Numbered from the stretch's first letter, positions 1-13,641 are shown. The stretch is DNA of 64,000 nucleotides from Tubulanus polymorphus (GCF_964204645.1 NC_134027.1:14230485-14294484), one strand, 5' to 3'. Notes: generated by a model from the letters alone, not told the origin. Made by a program: numbers and translations.

Positions 1-1452
1 GGTCGGCGCTTGTAAATCGCCTTGCCGAGTGTCTCTGGAATTCTCCAGGATTCGAAAACCTCTGCGATGATGCCGACCAGTGCGTTTGTTATAAATTTGC
101 TCCCATTTTCTACTCGTTTAGTCGACACTCTTCGCAAATAAATGTCTACTTAAACTCTAGTTATGGACACAAAACCAATCTTAGGACAAAATATACATTA
201 GCACAATCGCAGTGAATACAAAGACCTAGAATGCTGTAATGCTGTCGAGGGGGAGTTTGACACTCCGCCGATTTTAGTATGATGAAATAAATTGAAATAT
301 GAAAATATAGCTGCAAAGCAGCGACAAAAGGTTTCTGCCTTGCTGGTTTAAATGTCACATTCGCCAGCGCACAAAGATTTCCCCAATTCTTATAATAATT
401 CTTATCAGTTTAAAACGTACGACTTTTTTGAAGAAGCGTGGGGGTACTCGCGGTACTAGGGCTACCAAACGAAAAGTTCTGATGTACCTTTTTTGTTGCT
501 TTCATAGTTCTGTTGAGAGTTGCATGAACTAATCAATCGTACCTGTTGCCATATGGCACATGCGTGTATATGTACTTATACCATGTTTCTGATGTGATCC
601 AGCTTTGCAACTGAACTAAATCATGTGTACTCAATAAATGTTAATTGATTTCAACATGCATTTGTAAAGCATTTTGATAATATCACATCACTAAAGATCT
701 TGATTTGTTCTATTAAGAACTCTGAATCTTAATCTGATAGGTTGATGTGCTGAACAAAAAACAGAGAATATATCACTGTTAATTGTAAAATTGTTAAAAT
801 CGATAAAATTGTGTTGAAATATATCAAAACATACATATGTAGATCACTGATATATCACTATTATCAATATTATTATGTATTAAATCTATTCTGGTCCTGG
901 GCCGCTGTTGATACTAGATTTTAAGGACTTCTAAATCCATACTAAAAAAAGTAATGGACAACAAACCTAGTGAAAGTTTATGCAGCCGAATAAACTGAGT
1001 AGTCACTTCGTTATTAGAATCAAACACAATTTGTATTCTCTCCACTAGTATTTGCACAACCTGGTTTACGATCAAGCTCAAAACCACTTATGGTCACAAA
1101 CAAATTTTCAATAAGTGTGAAGATTTGTAGACCTACCTCTAATAACAATAAGCCTCTGGACGAAGTTATAATGTGTTTATGGATTACGAAACCATTAACA
1201 AAGCTCAACAGCTGAAAGACAGATGGACATACAGACACATTCCATTGATTCAAAACGTGTATTATATTGTATGGCTGGGCTGTTTGGTGAATAGAACGTT
1301 GTAAGGATATCTACCATGTCGAGAATTACCTGCTTACAATAAAAATCCTGGCTGTAAGAAAATCCATATTTAATATGACCGTACGACCAACACTATTGAA
1401 AACTATAAATAAAATGTCCATAAGCCTATAGAAATAAAAAGGAATGTTAAAA

Positions 1453-1529
1453 TGCGAGCAGAGCCCGGTTTCGATCAGGCGAAATACTGCACGTAAGACC
1501 AGCACGTTGCCCACTGGGCTATAGGGTCT
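1453..1529 (-). mobile_element. tRNA-derived SINE-like head (degenerate)
   Basis: Minus strand GACCCTATAGCCCAGTGG (A-box-like) ... GATCGAAACC (B-box-like); no good cloverleaf. Confidence 0.4.
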
Positions 1530-3505
1530 ATTCATTTAGCCACTCATAAAGCTATTATATGATAGAACTCAATGTAGCTTAGATATTAGATTCATGCCTA
1601 CATACATTCTTGTTTGCTCTTTTGACATGGTAAAATTCTTTTAAGCAAGATTATTTCATAAAAAATTACTATACACAAATCCGAAATGGTCAGACACTAA
1701 GTTATATTTCTTTCAGAATTGAAAATTTTGTTATAACCTGTTAGTAGTCGAATCTGAGAGGAGTTACGTTTTATTTGTCTCGAAAATGGAAAAGGTTTAA
1801 GTCATGAGAATTACTAGAGGGTTTCTGCGAAGCAGCAGAACCCTAATTACTGCTGTAGCAACACATCTATCTGCATCTATATCCTGTGATCTAAACTGCA
1901 AATATAGTTTTCAATCATTATGGACATTTGCTTTAGCAAAGTCCATTTTGGTATCGCATACAAAACTTTCTTCCTATGGTACAAATTAACTTCCAAACGA
2001 GGCTTAATTTCTCTTCGGAATTTTCAAAACATTCAATGCATTAATAAAAGCTCTAACCCTATTGAATTTCATCGGAATTCGTTGCTTATTTATCAATTTA
2101 ATTATTTATTTGTTGTTGGAACTACATTTCATTTCGGAAGAACACATGCCCTTTTACGTATATTCATGCTTCAGACACGTGCTCGTTACATACTCGCTGC
2201 TATGTGATGTATTGATCTGTGCATGTACATTTGTATATGACAAGCGCGCCTCATGCGTGGCCTGGTTTAAGTTTTCATGGAAACTGTAAATGATTCAACT
2301 GCCAGGGTTCGTCGCTGCTGGCCGTGATAAGCAGTGAATTTTATAGAAGGGCAGTAAAATTGGGAACTTGGAAATTGTTCAATTTACGAAAATTGATTGT
2401 CTATCAAACTTCATACACAGTGTATAGAAATCGTCTCACTATGAGTGTGGGGAGAGTCTATTTGAGTCAATGGGGAAATCCGCTACCATGATGAATCGTC
2501 ATGCAGTTGATCGTATCAATAGACAGATTTTCATGAAATCTTCTGGATTCAATCGAGGGGGACATCTTAGGCCTTTTTGATTACTTGGAGCACAGATTCT
2601 CTGAAATTCTGCCAAAAATTTCATGCCGAAGATAGGTAGGCCTATGGGTTTGCATTCATAATTCGAAAAAGATGTTTTTTTCTTGATATTTCCAGCATCC
2701 TTATTTTCGATCTAATTATCTGTAAAAAGTCAGTCTTCTCCCATCATTTGAATTCAATCCAATAGTTTTCACTATTTTTCATTTGTTCTGCTTATCTCTT
2801 ATCTAAAGTACCAATGTTTAATTTTGATGCTGATTAAGCATACACTAATGTAAATTTAGTCCATATTAAGAATTTTGTTTCTTGTTTATTTTAGCATTGG
2901 AATCGATTATATCTAGAAATCCTATGAGTTAGTTCTGAAGTGAGACATTAGATCGAAATTTCAGCCATTTTCTTTTTGTTAAATGCTCGGGATAAATGCT
3001 CTTATCCCGGTGATAAAAATCACCAGGATAGTGAAATGTATTTACCTTTTTAGATAAATTTTTGCACATGTTAAGTATATTATGTCTTAAAGAGATCACA
3101 TACTGGTATTACTATATGTTGATACAAATACTGAATAATATTACTTTTCTAGTGTCCCACATACTGTACTTGTTGTAAATATTGTGTTTTTTTTCCAGCT
3201 CAATAAGCATTGTACCCTTCGGTACGAAATAAAGAAATTAAATTAAATCAAATTTACAACAACCTGCATGCTGCATTGTTGTTACGATTAATGTTTTATG
3301 GACCACTTCATGGATTTGTTTTAAAGCCAAGCCCACCTAATATACCTAAAATAGTAAAATGGTGACTAAACCAAAATTGAGTTGATGAAAAATATACAAC
3401 AATATATGCTTCAGCAACTGTCTATCATCCATGGGACAATGAACCTAAAGTGAATAAAGCCCACCTGACCTCATTTGCTCATCCTAAATTTGTTTATTCT
3501 CTTAG

Positions 3506-3724
3506 ATGGGAGCTGAAATAGGTGCCACTGCTATATCTCATTTGGAAGAGATATCTGATAATGGAATTTTAGAGATGGCTCGTAATAATTGTGTTGCTGT
3601 TATCCTGCCAACTACGGCTTATATACTACGTCTTAAAGCACCACCTGTAAGGAAGATGATCGATAATGATGTTGTGGTTGCTCTAGGAACTGATTTTAAT
3701 CCCAATGCATTCTGTTTATCAATG
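3506..3724 (+). CDS. AMDHD1: Imidazolonepropionase (amidohydrolase domain-containing 1), internal exon
   Basis: ttag acceptor before 3506, GT donor at 3725, phase 0. Translation GAEIGATAISHLEEISDNG...VILPTTAYILRLK...ALGTDFNPNAFCLSM matches HutI/AMDHD1 motifs (SHLEE, LPTT, GxDFNPN). Confidence 0.95.
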
Positions 3725-3892
3725 GTCAGTAGAATCCCTCTTCTTTATGCCAATTTGTTAAATCTGTTTTGATTAATTCATATGTTGGATTAAGTATTTG
3801 GGTTAAAGTGTAGCATTAATTTTTTCAAATTATTGAGAGCATAGGAATAACCTTTTGAAATTCTCTGTGATAACTTCGACAAATTGAATCGC

Positions 3893-4791
3893 TTTTTAGC
3901 CCACTTGGGACTTTAGTGCCAGCGGGCTATTGCGTTCACTTTACGTCCGTCCGTCCGTCCGTAGACGGAATCCAGTTATTTTGGGAATTCAATGTAATGT
4001 TTTGATATTTGGGTTACACATGTATCTACCCTTGACACATCTTCAGCCCAAAAACTGGCCCTGTCAGAATCAAGATGGCTGACTGGCAGCCTTTGTTGTT
4101 TGCCAAAATCAGCACATTTTACACATTTTCGAACTTTTTGAGGGAAATTTTGAAGATGCTTTGATCAATTACCTTGATCTTTCATATATAGTTGAATCCT
4201 CCAAGGGCCCATCAGCATTAGAAAAATTGGGTCGATCGGACTCAAGATGGCTGTCCTATGACCTTTTTAGTGCCCAAGAATGTCAATTTTGACCCGAATT
4301 CTGAGTCCTGTAGCTTCCTACTGGTTTTCCATTTCTCATCTCAATTTGTGATGGGTATTCTTTGGAAACGGATGTTTTATACCTGAGACAGGTATTTTTG
4401 ATCAGCCAATTATGGCACAATTGGTGGCCATCTTGGTGTCATCAGGACTCATTAAGGTGGGAAGTTTTTTCACATTATATTGATATCTAAGCATATTTTG
4501 TAACCACAATGAATTAGAAAGTTGTAGCTCATAACGTGCCCTATGATTTTAGTGAGTTTCAAGGTCATTGGTTTTTGTATATGGCCACCAGGGTCGTTGA
4601 ATAATACAATAACTTAGTATTTCTTCTATGTTATATTTGTATCTATGCATATTTTGTCACCACAATCAATTGCAAAGGTGTACTTCATGACACCGTCTAT
4701 AATTGTGGTGAGTTTTAATATTGAAATTGTTAGATTGTTGAGCATTTGAAACCACTTCCCAAGTGGGCATGGTGTCCCTGGACCCCTAGTT
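3893..4791 (+). mobile_element. Non-autonomous Helentron-derived element (HINE/DINE-1-like), family B
   Basis: TTTTTAG start, subterminal IRs GCCCACTTGGG / CCCAAGTGGGC, (GTCC)n microsatellite, ~170 bp degenerate internal repeats (CAAGATGGC at ~4071 and ~4243), short 3' hairpin then TAGTT. Confidence 0.7.
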
Positions 4792-5356
4792 AAATCTTGG
4801 TTATTACCACAATCTGTGAGAGTTACCATGGTAATGCATTGCAGATTTTTAATGATTGCCCTCATATTATTGCGTTCACAAGGGTTCAGAGTTGCAACAG
4901 CGACCTTGACACATGAAGTATCCAGGTGTGCAAATTTTTTATTACATCATAGTACTCAACATAACCAACACCCGGCAGTCTGGCGATATGCATGCAGAAA
5001 GATTAAAAATCTATTCTGCGATGTATTTTCAATAATGTATATCAAAAGTTGCATTTTGAAAACTGTACTTAATGCATACAATATAATATTAATTGGAAGA
5101 AATGGCGTAGATTAGAAGATTAGATTCCAAAACTTGATTGGTGTTTATCATCAATTACCTCTAGTCAAAATGGTTGTCATCATGATAAACAACGGCAAAT
5201 TTTCTTTAAGTGGATCTGGTATAAAATGTATTACAGTAGAATAATATGCATGAGTCAGATCACTTTTTATCCGTCGTCCATCCATAGATGAAATCCAGTA
5301 ATTTTGGAAGTTTAGAAGACTCTTCAATGGATTGTCTTTATCTTTGATTATACATG

Positions 5357-5918
5357 ATTAATAGGGGTAATGGGCTTTCAAGCCAAAGGCCGAATGGTCG
5401 AGCTCATTAAAAAACAAAACATTAAAAGTAATTTAAAACTATAATATATTTTCATAACCGTGTGCATTTTATATTATAACTAAATATTTATTCTAAGATA
5501 TCAATAATTTAAATTTTAAAAGCATATTGTATTAAATCAATTGGTCGCTCCACTTCGCAACCGCTCCGTTCCGCGACCAATTGATTTATTTACAATACAC
5601 AAATTCATATAATCAAATATATTTTAATAATAATAATTATTCTATTATTCAACTGAAATACACACGGTTATGAAAATATATTATAGTTTTAAATTACTTT
5701 TAATATTTGTTTTTAATGAACTCGACCATTCAACCTTTAACCTGAAAGCCCATTACCCCTATTACTCTTAAAATGTTCATGTAAATGAATAACATTTAAA
5801 TTGACAGATTATTCAATATAAAAGTATATATTTACAACATTATTTCAATATTCATATTTGTGTGAGTTAGATTTTTAAACATTAAAAGTGTTAGTAAAGT
5901 GTTATTGAAATAATGCAT
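5357..5918 (+). repeat. Left TIR of Polinton; first 410 bp (5357-5766) form an imperfect palindrome
   Basis: Near-perfect reverse complement of 22197-22758; a second inverted copy of the terminus ends at 5766 (CCCCTATTACT). Confidence 0.95.
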
Positions 5919-5972
5919 GATATAAATCATTGAACTTCTAAAATCAATTTAAAAAAAAAATTTAGTATTAAA

Positions 5973-8900
5973 ATGGAAGCAAATAAGTACTACTGCCCAA
6001 AATGTAATATCAATATAGATAAATCCCAAAAATCAAGACACAATAAAACTAAAACACATTTAGAGAATAAATTGAAACTAGAATATAAAGATGATATATT
6101 AGAAACTAAATTAGATGAATTAAAGAATGAAAAAGAAACATACAAACGTGATACATGTAATCAATCATTCAGTGATAAAAGATATTATAAAGAACATTTA
6201 AAATCTAAAAGTCATATTAGAAATAAGAATAATGATATTTTAGGTGAAGATTATTTTGATAAAGATAATGATAAGAAACAGAAGACAATTAAAAGCATAA
6301 AAAATAAATTAAACAATAAAAGACCATACATGGAAGATGTAAGAAATTATATTAATTCATTAGATAATCAAAAAGATATAGAGATGACCGAAGCATTTAA
6401 AAGTGATATTGGTCCAGCAGCTATCGAGTTTAAATTTCATAAAGGAAAAACATTAGAAGAAAATAAAAAACATTTAGAAAATATGAAAGAAATTATAAAA
6501 ATAATAACTGATGTTGAATATCCTTAAATTAGTATATCTTCTAAAGTAAAGTTTATAAAATCTGAAGATAAACCAATATATAATATAAATTCTCATTCAC
6601 AACATATTATTTCAAAACAACATATAGATGATAAATTAGATAAATTTTATAATGAAGTAAAAACTAAAATAGAAGAGAAATATTTTGAAGGATCTGGTTT
6701 AATATTTGATGAAATAATATTTATGACTTTACATGTTTATAACACAAAATATAATAAGTTAACAAAATCAAAACCAATTGATGAAAATAATGTATCATAT
6801 TATAAAGAACCAGATATTGAAGCATCGAGTTATATTAAACTACCATTTAAAACTAATGCTGTTATTAATGTACAAAATGAAGATGATAAATGTTTTCTAT
6901 GGGCTATAATAAGTTGTTTACACCCAGTTGAAGATTATAAACAACATAGTTTTAGATTAACAAATTATAAACAATTTGAAAATAATTATAAGATAGATAA
7001 GTATCCTGTTATAATTAAAAACATCCCAAAAATAGAAAGAGATAAATATAAAGATAAATTTATTTGATTTAATCAAATTACCAAATACAAAAGGTAACAA
7101 TATAAAACATTATACATTAGAACCTTTATACCTATCAAAAGATTATGATTCAAACGATGTTATAGATATATTATATTATGAGAATCATTATATGTGGATT
7201 AAACAAATCAATTTATTTTTTAAATCAGAAAATGATCACCATAAAATATATCTTTGTAGAAAATGTTTACATAAATTCAGTAATGAAAGAACATTATTAA
7301 ATCATAAACAATTATGTGAAAATCATGATTATTGTAAATTAGTTTTACCAAATGAAAAAGATAAAATATTAGAATTCAAAAAATATGATTACAAAAATAA
7401 AGTACCATTTGTAATATATGGAGATTTTGAATCATTAAATAAAGAACTAACTGATCAAGATAGAAAAGAAATATATTATAAAAGAAAGAAATTAAATTCT
7501 AATGAAAATGATTTTTCAGATGAACCACCAAAAACAAATACTATTAAAAAGATTCATCAATCAGCTGCTGCTTTCGGGTTATATATTAAATCTGATTATC
7601 CAGAACTAATTGAAAGTGAATATTATCATTATAGAAATGAAAATGTTATCAATCATTTTTGTGACTTATTAATTGAATATGAAATAAGATTTAGTAAATT
7701 ATTGAATACAAATATAGAAATTATAATGACAGAAGAAGATAAAGAAGAATTTGCGTTTACAGATAAATGTTATTATTGTGAAAAGATATTTAATTATAAA
7801 GATAAAAAAGTAAGAGACCATGATCATTTGAATGGAAAGTTTAGAGGCGCAGCACATGAGAATTGTAACTTACAAGCTAAGAAAATTAACTTTGTACCAG
7901 TTATATTTCATGATCTATCAGGATATGATGCACATTTATTTATCAAACAGTTATGTCATAAAATAGAAGAAATTAATAATGAAATAGAAAGATTAAATTC
8001 AAATAGATCAAAAGATAAAATACCAACTTATAAATTTAGAATGTTAGCTAAAACATCTGAGAATTATATATCATTCCAATTTGGTTGCCTAAGATTTATA
8101 GATTCATATAGATTTTTAAATAGTTCATTAGATAACTTATCAAAATCATTAGTTGATGATGAATTAAAGATATTAAAACAACATTACCCAAATAATGATG
8201 ATTTTCAATTAATGAGATATAAAGGAGCAATTCCATATTCATTTTATAAATCACATAATGATTTCAATATGAGTTTCAGGTGTATTAGGTGATAGATATT
8301 TCAATGTAAATGATAACCCCGGATATAAGTTATTATATATAGATGCAAATAATTTGTATGGTTGGGCAATGATGGAACCACAACCTTATGGAGTATTTGA
8401 ATTAACTGAAGTTTTACAGAATGAAAATAATGATAAATTTGATTGGAAGAAAAGAATTCTAGATATTGCAGATGATTCAGATACTGGTTACTTCTTTGTT
8501 GTAGATTTAGAATATCCTGAAGATAAAAAATTTAAATCTAGAAATCTAGCTTACTGTCCCGAACATAAAACTGTAACACATGAAGAATTATCAAATTATC
8601 AAAAAAGAATTAAACCCGAAAATCATATTCATACAGAAAAGTTAATGGTAACTCAAGAAGATAAATATAATTATGTAGTACATTACAGAATGTTAAAGTT
8701 TTATCTAAAACAAGGAATGATTCTAAAAAAAGTACATAGATATATTTCATTTAGTCAATCTAAGTGGTTAGAAAAATATATAGATTTTAACACCAAACAG
8801 AGAATTGAAGCTAAAACTGATTTCGAAAAAGATTTCTTCAAGTTAATGAATAATGCATTGGTAAGACTTGTGAAAATATTAGAAATAGAAATGATATTGA

Positions 8901-9666
8901 GTTAGTCAGTAATGGTAAAAGGATAAGGCATTTACAATCATATCCTAAGTTCATTGGTAACAGAATATTTGATGAAAATTTAGCTGCAGTTAAAATGAGA
9001 AGAACATCAATGAAATTTAATAAACCAATCTATGTTGGCGCTTCAGTTTTAGAATTATCAAAATTACTAATGTATGAATTCTATTATAATGTATTACAAC
9101 CACTTTTTGGAGAAAAGCATATAGAAATATTATATTTTGATACTGACACTTACATATTAAAGATAAAAACTGATAACATAACTGATGATTAAAAAACATT
9201 AAAACATCATTTTGATTTCAGTAACTATCCTAAAAATCATGAATTGTTTAGCAATGATAATAAAAAAGTTCCCGGTAAATTCAAAGATGAATTAGGCGGT
9301 GAAGAAATGATTGAATTCATTGGTATTAGATCTAAAATGTATTCATATAAAACTAAAGAACATGAAGCTAAAAAGTTAAAAGGAATAACCAAAAGTGTAG
9401 TAGAAAAGAATATTCATTTCAACATCAATTGTATATTCAGTGAAGAAGTTAGAAAACATAAAATGAGATGTTTAAGATCTGAAGATCATGAAATGTTTAT
9501 TGAAGAAATTGAAAAGATAAGTCTAAACCCATTTGATGATAAAAGATATATTTTAGATGATGGAATTCATACAGTTGCTTATGGATGTAATTTAGATGAA
9601 TACTTAAAATTTAAAAGAGAAGAAACAAAAGAGAACGAGATAATGAAAAGAATTCTAACGTGTTAA
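5973..9666 (+). pseudogene. Protein-primed family B DNA polymerase (pPolB) with N-terminal C2H2 fingers, EGSG/terminal-protein region, OTU-like segment and EndoVII-like insert; disrupted
   Basis: Six ORF fragments join through in-frame stops and frameshifts: EGSG, NEDDKCFLWAI, VIYGDFES (ExoI), RDHDHLNGKFRGAAHENCN, HDLSGYDAH (ExoII), YIDANNLYGWAM (motif A), FFKLMNNA (motif B), YFDTDT (motif C), GKFKDE, RSKMY. Apparent internal deletion near 8270 (ExoIII region missing). Confidence 0.93.
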
Positions 9667-9695
9667 TCAAATTTTAATAAAAATATGTATTATAA

Positions 9696-10049
9696 ATGGA
9701 GAGTAAACAAACACACAGTGAGAACAACAAATTATTTCTAGATAGAATTAAAGATATAACAAATGTAAAATCTGTAGATTATAAATTCAAAAAGTTAACA
9801 GAATTAACAATCCATAAGAAATATCTAATTACAGATATTGTTACAGTTACTAATAACTATGGAGATAAATTAGTTATACACTTAGAATATGAAGGATTAA
9901 AAGGAAATACATATAAATTCAGAACATATTTACCGGATAGATTTCATAGATTTTCAAGTGAAGATCTAGAAGAATTATGTTCTGGTGATTTCTATTTCGT
10001 ATACAAAGGTAAGAATGAAAAAGGGCATCATGAAATAGATTTCGAATAA
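9696..10049 (+). CDS. Small Polinton protein, possible OB-fold ssDNA-binding protein
   Basis: Intact 117 aa ORF right after pPolB; beta-rich pattern KKLTEL...Y.I.....TNNYGDKLVIHLE...TYLPDRF; function inferred only. Confidence 0.45.
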   Translation: MESKQTHSENNKLFLDRIKDITNVKSVDYKFKKLTELTIHKKYLITDIVTVTNNYGDKLVIHLEYEGLKGNTYKFRTYLPDRFHRFSSEDLEELCSGDFYFVYKGKNEKGHHEIDFE

Positions 10050-10063
10050 AATATGTAAAATAA

Positions 10064-10827
10064 ATGGTAGAATTAAAAGAATACAGAATATTTGTTGATT
10101 CTAGAAGACTTACTAATTACAAATCACATAATATACTAGTACAATTAGATAGAGAATTCAAGAATTGTGTAGATTTAAAATTAGTTAATATAAGTTTATG
10201 TAATTCTTTTTATAATATATCGAATAAAACTATTGAACATAGAGCCTTTTGAGTTTTTAATAGACACATAGATTCATGGGTCTATATATATTTAAAACCG
10301 GGGTTATATAATTTAGATACATTAGCACAAGAAATTAATAGAAAAGCCTGGCACAAATTAGGTAGTAGTTCTGGGTTTAGTATTAGATTTTTAAAAAGTG
10401 ATAGTTCTGATGGAATCAAGATAAGTGTTGTCTAATAGTGAAAAACATAAATTTATGGTAAAAAAAACCTATAGCTAAACTGTTAGGAATTCTTCCAGAT
10501 AGATCTTTTACAAATATTGATGCTGCTACACCAAACTTAATACCTTACACGCATTTTTATATTTATTGCAATTTAATCGATCCTACAAAAACATTCGAAG
10601 CAACTAAAGATATAACTTGTAATTCTGGTTTACTAAACATTTTACCATTGAAGAATGTTAAAGAATTTGGAACGCAAATAAATTATAATTTAACAGAATG
10701 TGATTTCAAACCATGCATTCCTCGTTTTAATAATTTTAGATTAGAAATTAGAAATCACAATGGATATTTAATTGATTTGAATAACTTTCCTGTAATTTAT
10801 GAATTAGTTATAAGATGTAAAGAGTAA
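10064..10827 (+). pseudogene. Minor capsid protein (penton, single jelly-roll), disrupted
   Basis: N-term RIFVDS...LKLVNISLCNSFYNIS, then LKPGLYNL; C-term FYIYCNLID...LLNILP...FRLEIRNHNGYLIDLNNFPVIYELVI*; stop at 10250 and a frameshift. Confidence 0.75.
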
Positions 10828-11186
10828 TTTTTTTCACTATATAAATGAATATAACTGTTGGACCGAGTATATGTTTTGGGTTTGATTTTAAACATGGTAA
10901 AGAAATGAGAATTAAACTAAATGATGTAATTACTGATATAAAAAGTAAATCATTTAACAATGCATCAATGATTAATAAAGAAAATTATGATATAGAAAAA
11001 GTAATTGATTTAATTAAATCACCTTAAGAATATTATGAATTAAATGAATATGGAATTATTGATGATAATAAAAACATATTAACCAAAATATATGATAATC
11101 ATAAAAGTAGTAATGAAATAAATGTTGAAATAATCATAAATAAGTTAACTAAATATTTTGAAGATAGTAATTTTTTTGATAAATAA

Positions 11187-11408
11187 ATGAGTGATAATAA
11201 GTGGATAATAACTGGATTATATAATGGCGCATTACTATCAGTTGGAACTGTTGGTTATTCAATGGTATTAAAAAAAGTATTCAAAATGGGAAGTGTTAAT
11301 GTTGATAGATTTGATATAAATGATATTTTAAAATTTACGTTAGCAGTTACTTTATCTAATTTAACTATTGATTATTTGGAAAAACAAAAATATATTCCTC
11401 CCATATAA
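11187..11408 (+). CDS. Small hydrophobic Polinton protein
   Basis: 73 aa, two hydrophobic segments, TAAATG start. Confidence 0.6.
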   Translation: MSDNKWIITGLYNGALLSVGTVGYSMVLKKVFKMGSVNVDRFDINDILKFTLAVTLSNLTIDYLEKQKYIPPI

Positions 11409-11432
11409 ATGCGTAATTATTTTGCTAAATAA

Positions 11433-11858
11433 ATGGCTTCTGCAATTATAACTATTATAGGATCGGCGATTGTTAACGCTTTAGCATTTACTGGTGGTGG
11501 TTATTTATTCAAGCATATTGATAAAAATGGTTCATTAACAGAACAAAAAAGAAATAACTTAGCATTAGAGAAATATAATAAAGCAGCAGAAGAATATAGA
11601 GAAAAGAGGCAAAACTATATGGATTATATTAACAAGGAATTATATGATCAGAAGATTTCACATAGAGATTTTCAATCAGTTGATGATGCAATGAGTTTAT
11701 ATAACGCGGTAACCAATAAAGAAAAATTACATCTATACAAACCTAAATTATCAGATTATTATACCCCGAGTAAAGAACAACAGAAATATGAAATAATATG
11801 GATTTTAGGCGGAACTGTTATTGTTATATTTGTTGCTTATAAGTTTACTAATAAGTAA
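11433..11858 (+). CDS. Polinton membrane/coiled-coil protein
   Basis: 141 aa; N-terminal hydrophobic helix (IIGSAIVNALAFTGGGYLF), coiled coil, C-terminal TM segment. Confidence 0.7.
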   Translation: MASAIITIIGSAIVNALAFTGGGYLFKHIDKNGSLTEQKRNNLALEKYNKAAEEYREKRQNYMDYINKELYDQKISHRDFQSVDDAMSLYNAVTNKEKLHLYKPKLSDYYTPSKEQQKYEIIWILGGTVIVIFVAYKFTNK

Positions 11859-11874
11859 TTTTTTTGCTAAATAA

Positions 11875-12285
11875 ATGGAAGATAAAGTTGATAATATTGA
11901 TATTATTCCTCATGATATAAATAAAGCTAAATTAAAAACATATTTAGAAAAACAAATATTAGAATTTGAAAGTGACTTAAAGATAAAAAAGAAAAAATAT
12001 TTGATTATAAGTGGTTCGGTTACAATTAGTTCTGTAATAACATTTCTAGCAATATTCAGCCCATTAACACCTTTAGGTATATCAATTGGCGTATTAGGAT
12101 TAAGTTCAAGTGTTTTAACTGGTATAAGTTCAAAATTGAATATAAAAAGTAATAAAGAAAAAATTAAAACTAATATAAAAGAAATTAATAAATTAAAGAA
12201 TACACTAGATTATATAATAAGTTTAAATGGTCATATAACAGTTGAAGAACAAGATAAATTATTAAAAGAATTAGTTAATTATTAA
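11875..12285 (+). CDS. Polinton two-TM coiled-coil protein
   Basis: 136 aa; hydrophobic hairpin flanked by Lys-rich coiled coils. Confidence 0.65.
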   Translation: MEDKVDNIDIIPHDINKAKLKTYLEKQILEFESDLKIKKKKYLIISGSVTISSVITFLAIFSPLTPLGISIGVLGLSSSVLTGISSKLNIKSNKEKIKTNIKEINKLKNTLDYIISLNGHITVEEQDKLLKELVNY

Positions 12286-12301
12286 TTTTTTAATTATATA
12301 A

Positions 12302-13641
12302 ATGGGGTTTCCAAAAGCTTTCCAATATAATAAATCAATTAAATATAATATTCCTGCAATAGATTTTAAGAAAAATATTACATATAAAAATGTAGTTTTA
12401 AATTCATTAACTAATTTAGAAATTTATGTTACTGAATCACAGTTTTTAATTTCTAAAATGGAAAATATATTTAATACATATGAAGTTACTTTTACTCGAG
12501 ATGAATACCATATATATAAAGTAAAATCTAATATGAAATATTGGCAGAACCAATTAGATTTTGCTGTTTATTGTGCAACAACAGGATGTGGAATAAGTTG
12601 GAATGATCATTTAAATAACTTAGATAAAAATTTGATGTATTCTGATTTAGATTAATTCACACAATATTTAGATTTCACACATATTTTCAAATCAGAATAA
12701 TATTAAATGAATTAGAATGTCCTTCACCCGGGTCTAAATATTTTAAAGAATTGGATAATAATATTAATCTATCTAAGTTTTATAAAATATGTAACGAATT
12801 TAATATAAATATTAATTCCGATTTTAGAGCGCATGGTAAATTGCAAGGTGTTGGTGAAGAGTTTGAAATAAAAAGAATTGATTATATGCATAGAATTGGA
12901 GCTTATCATAATTATAAAATTGATAATAATAATGGTTGGGTTAATTTCATTTTAGAAAATGGTGAAGGTTTTACAAAATCAGGTATACAAAGAATAAATC
13001 AATCTATTAGAACTTATTTAATTTGTATTCTAGGTGCGCAAGTTGAAACAAGATCCCCAATAATTGGAAATGATAACACTTCATTCGATGCGCAGAAACA
13101 ATTCAAAGTATTATTTGAAGATTCTATTCATAATGATAAAAATAGATCGATTCCAGAAAACATTGTAAGATATCAAAATTATTTAGATAAATCACATGTA
13201 AGACTAAATTATTGTATAGGCCCTAATCTATTAATTATTTCTAATGATTTAGTACTAAAGATGGGAAATATAATTGGTTATAATAATCTAATTAAAACTG
13301 CAACAATAAATAATTCATTTGGATTAAATGATATAAATAAAAAGATTATCACTGCTCCAAAATTAATGGAAGGTGAAAAAAATAAAAAACAAATTCAATC
13401 AACAGAAACTAAAACTAATAATATTAAATTAAATAATGATTCTAAACCGGATTATAATACATCAGAAAATATTAGAACTGATAATATTCAACATGAAATA
13501 ATTAAACTAAATGATGATAATAAATCCCATGAAAATACTAAATTAGCTTTATCTTGTATAGGAATTGTAATCGGAGGAATATTATATTTTAAATTTGAAT
13601 TTTGTTATTATGTAAATGGCAGAAGGCGGAGAAGATTATGA
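12302..13641 (+). pseudogene. Conserved-looking Polinton hypothetical protein with C-terminal TM, frameshifted
   Basis: Two ORFs in different frames; motifs WQNQLDFAVYCATTGCGIS and GFTKSGIQRINQSIRTYLICILGAQ. Confidence 0.6.

Noticed and set aside
1453-1529. Functional tRNA gene
   Set aside because: Only A/B-box-like remnants; stems do not close into a cloverleaf.
3506-3772. Bacterial hutI fragment or horizontal transfer
   Set aside because: Bounded by spliceosomal AG/GT sites and continued by downstream exons; it is an ordinary animal gene exon.
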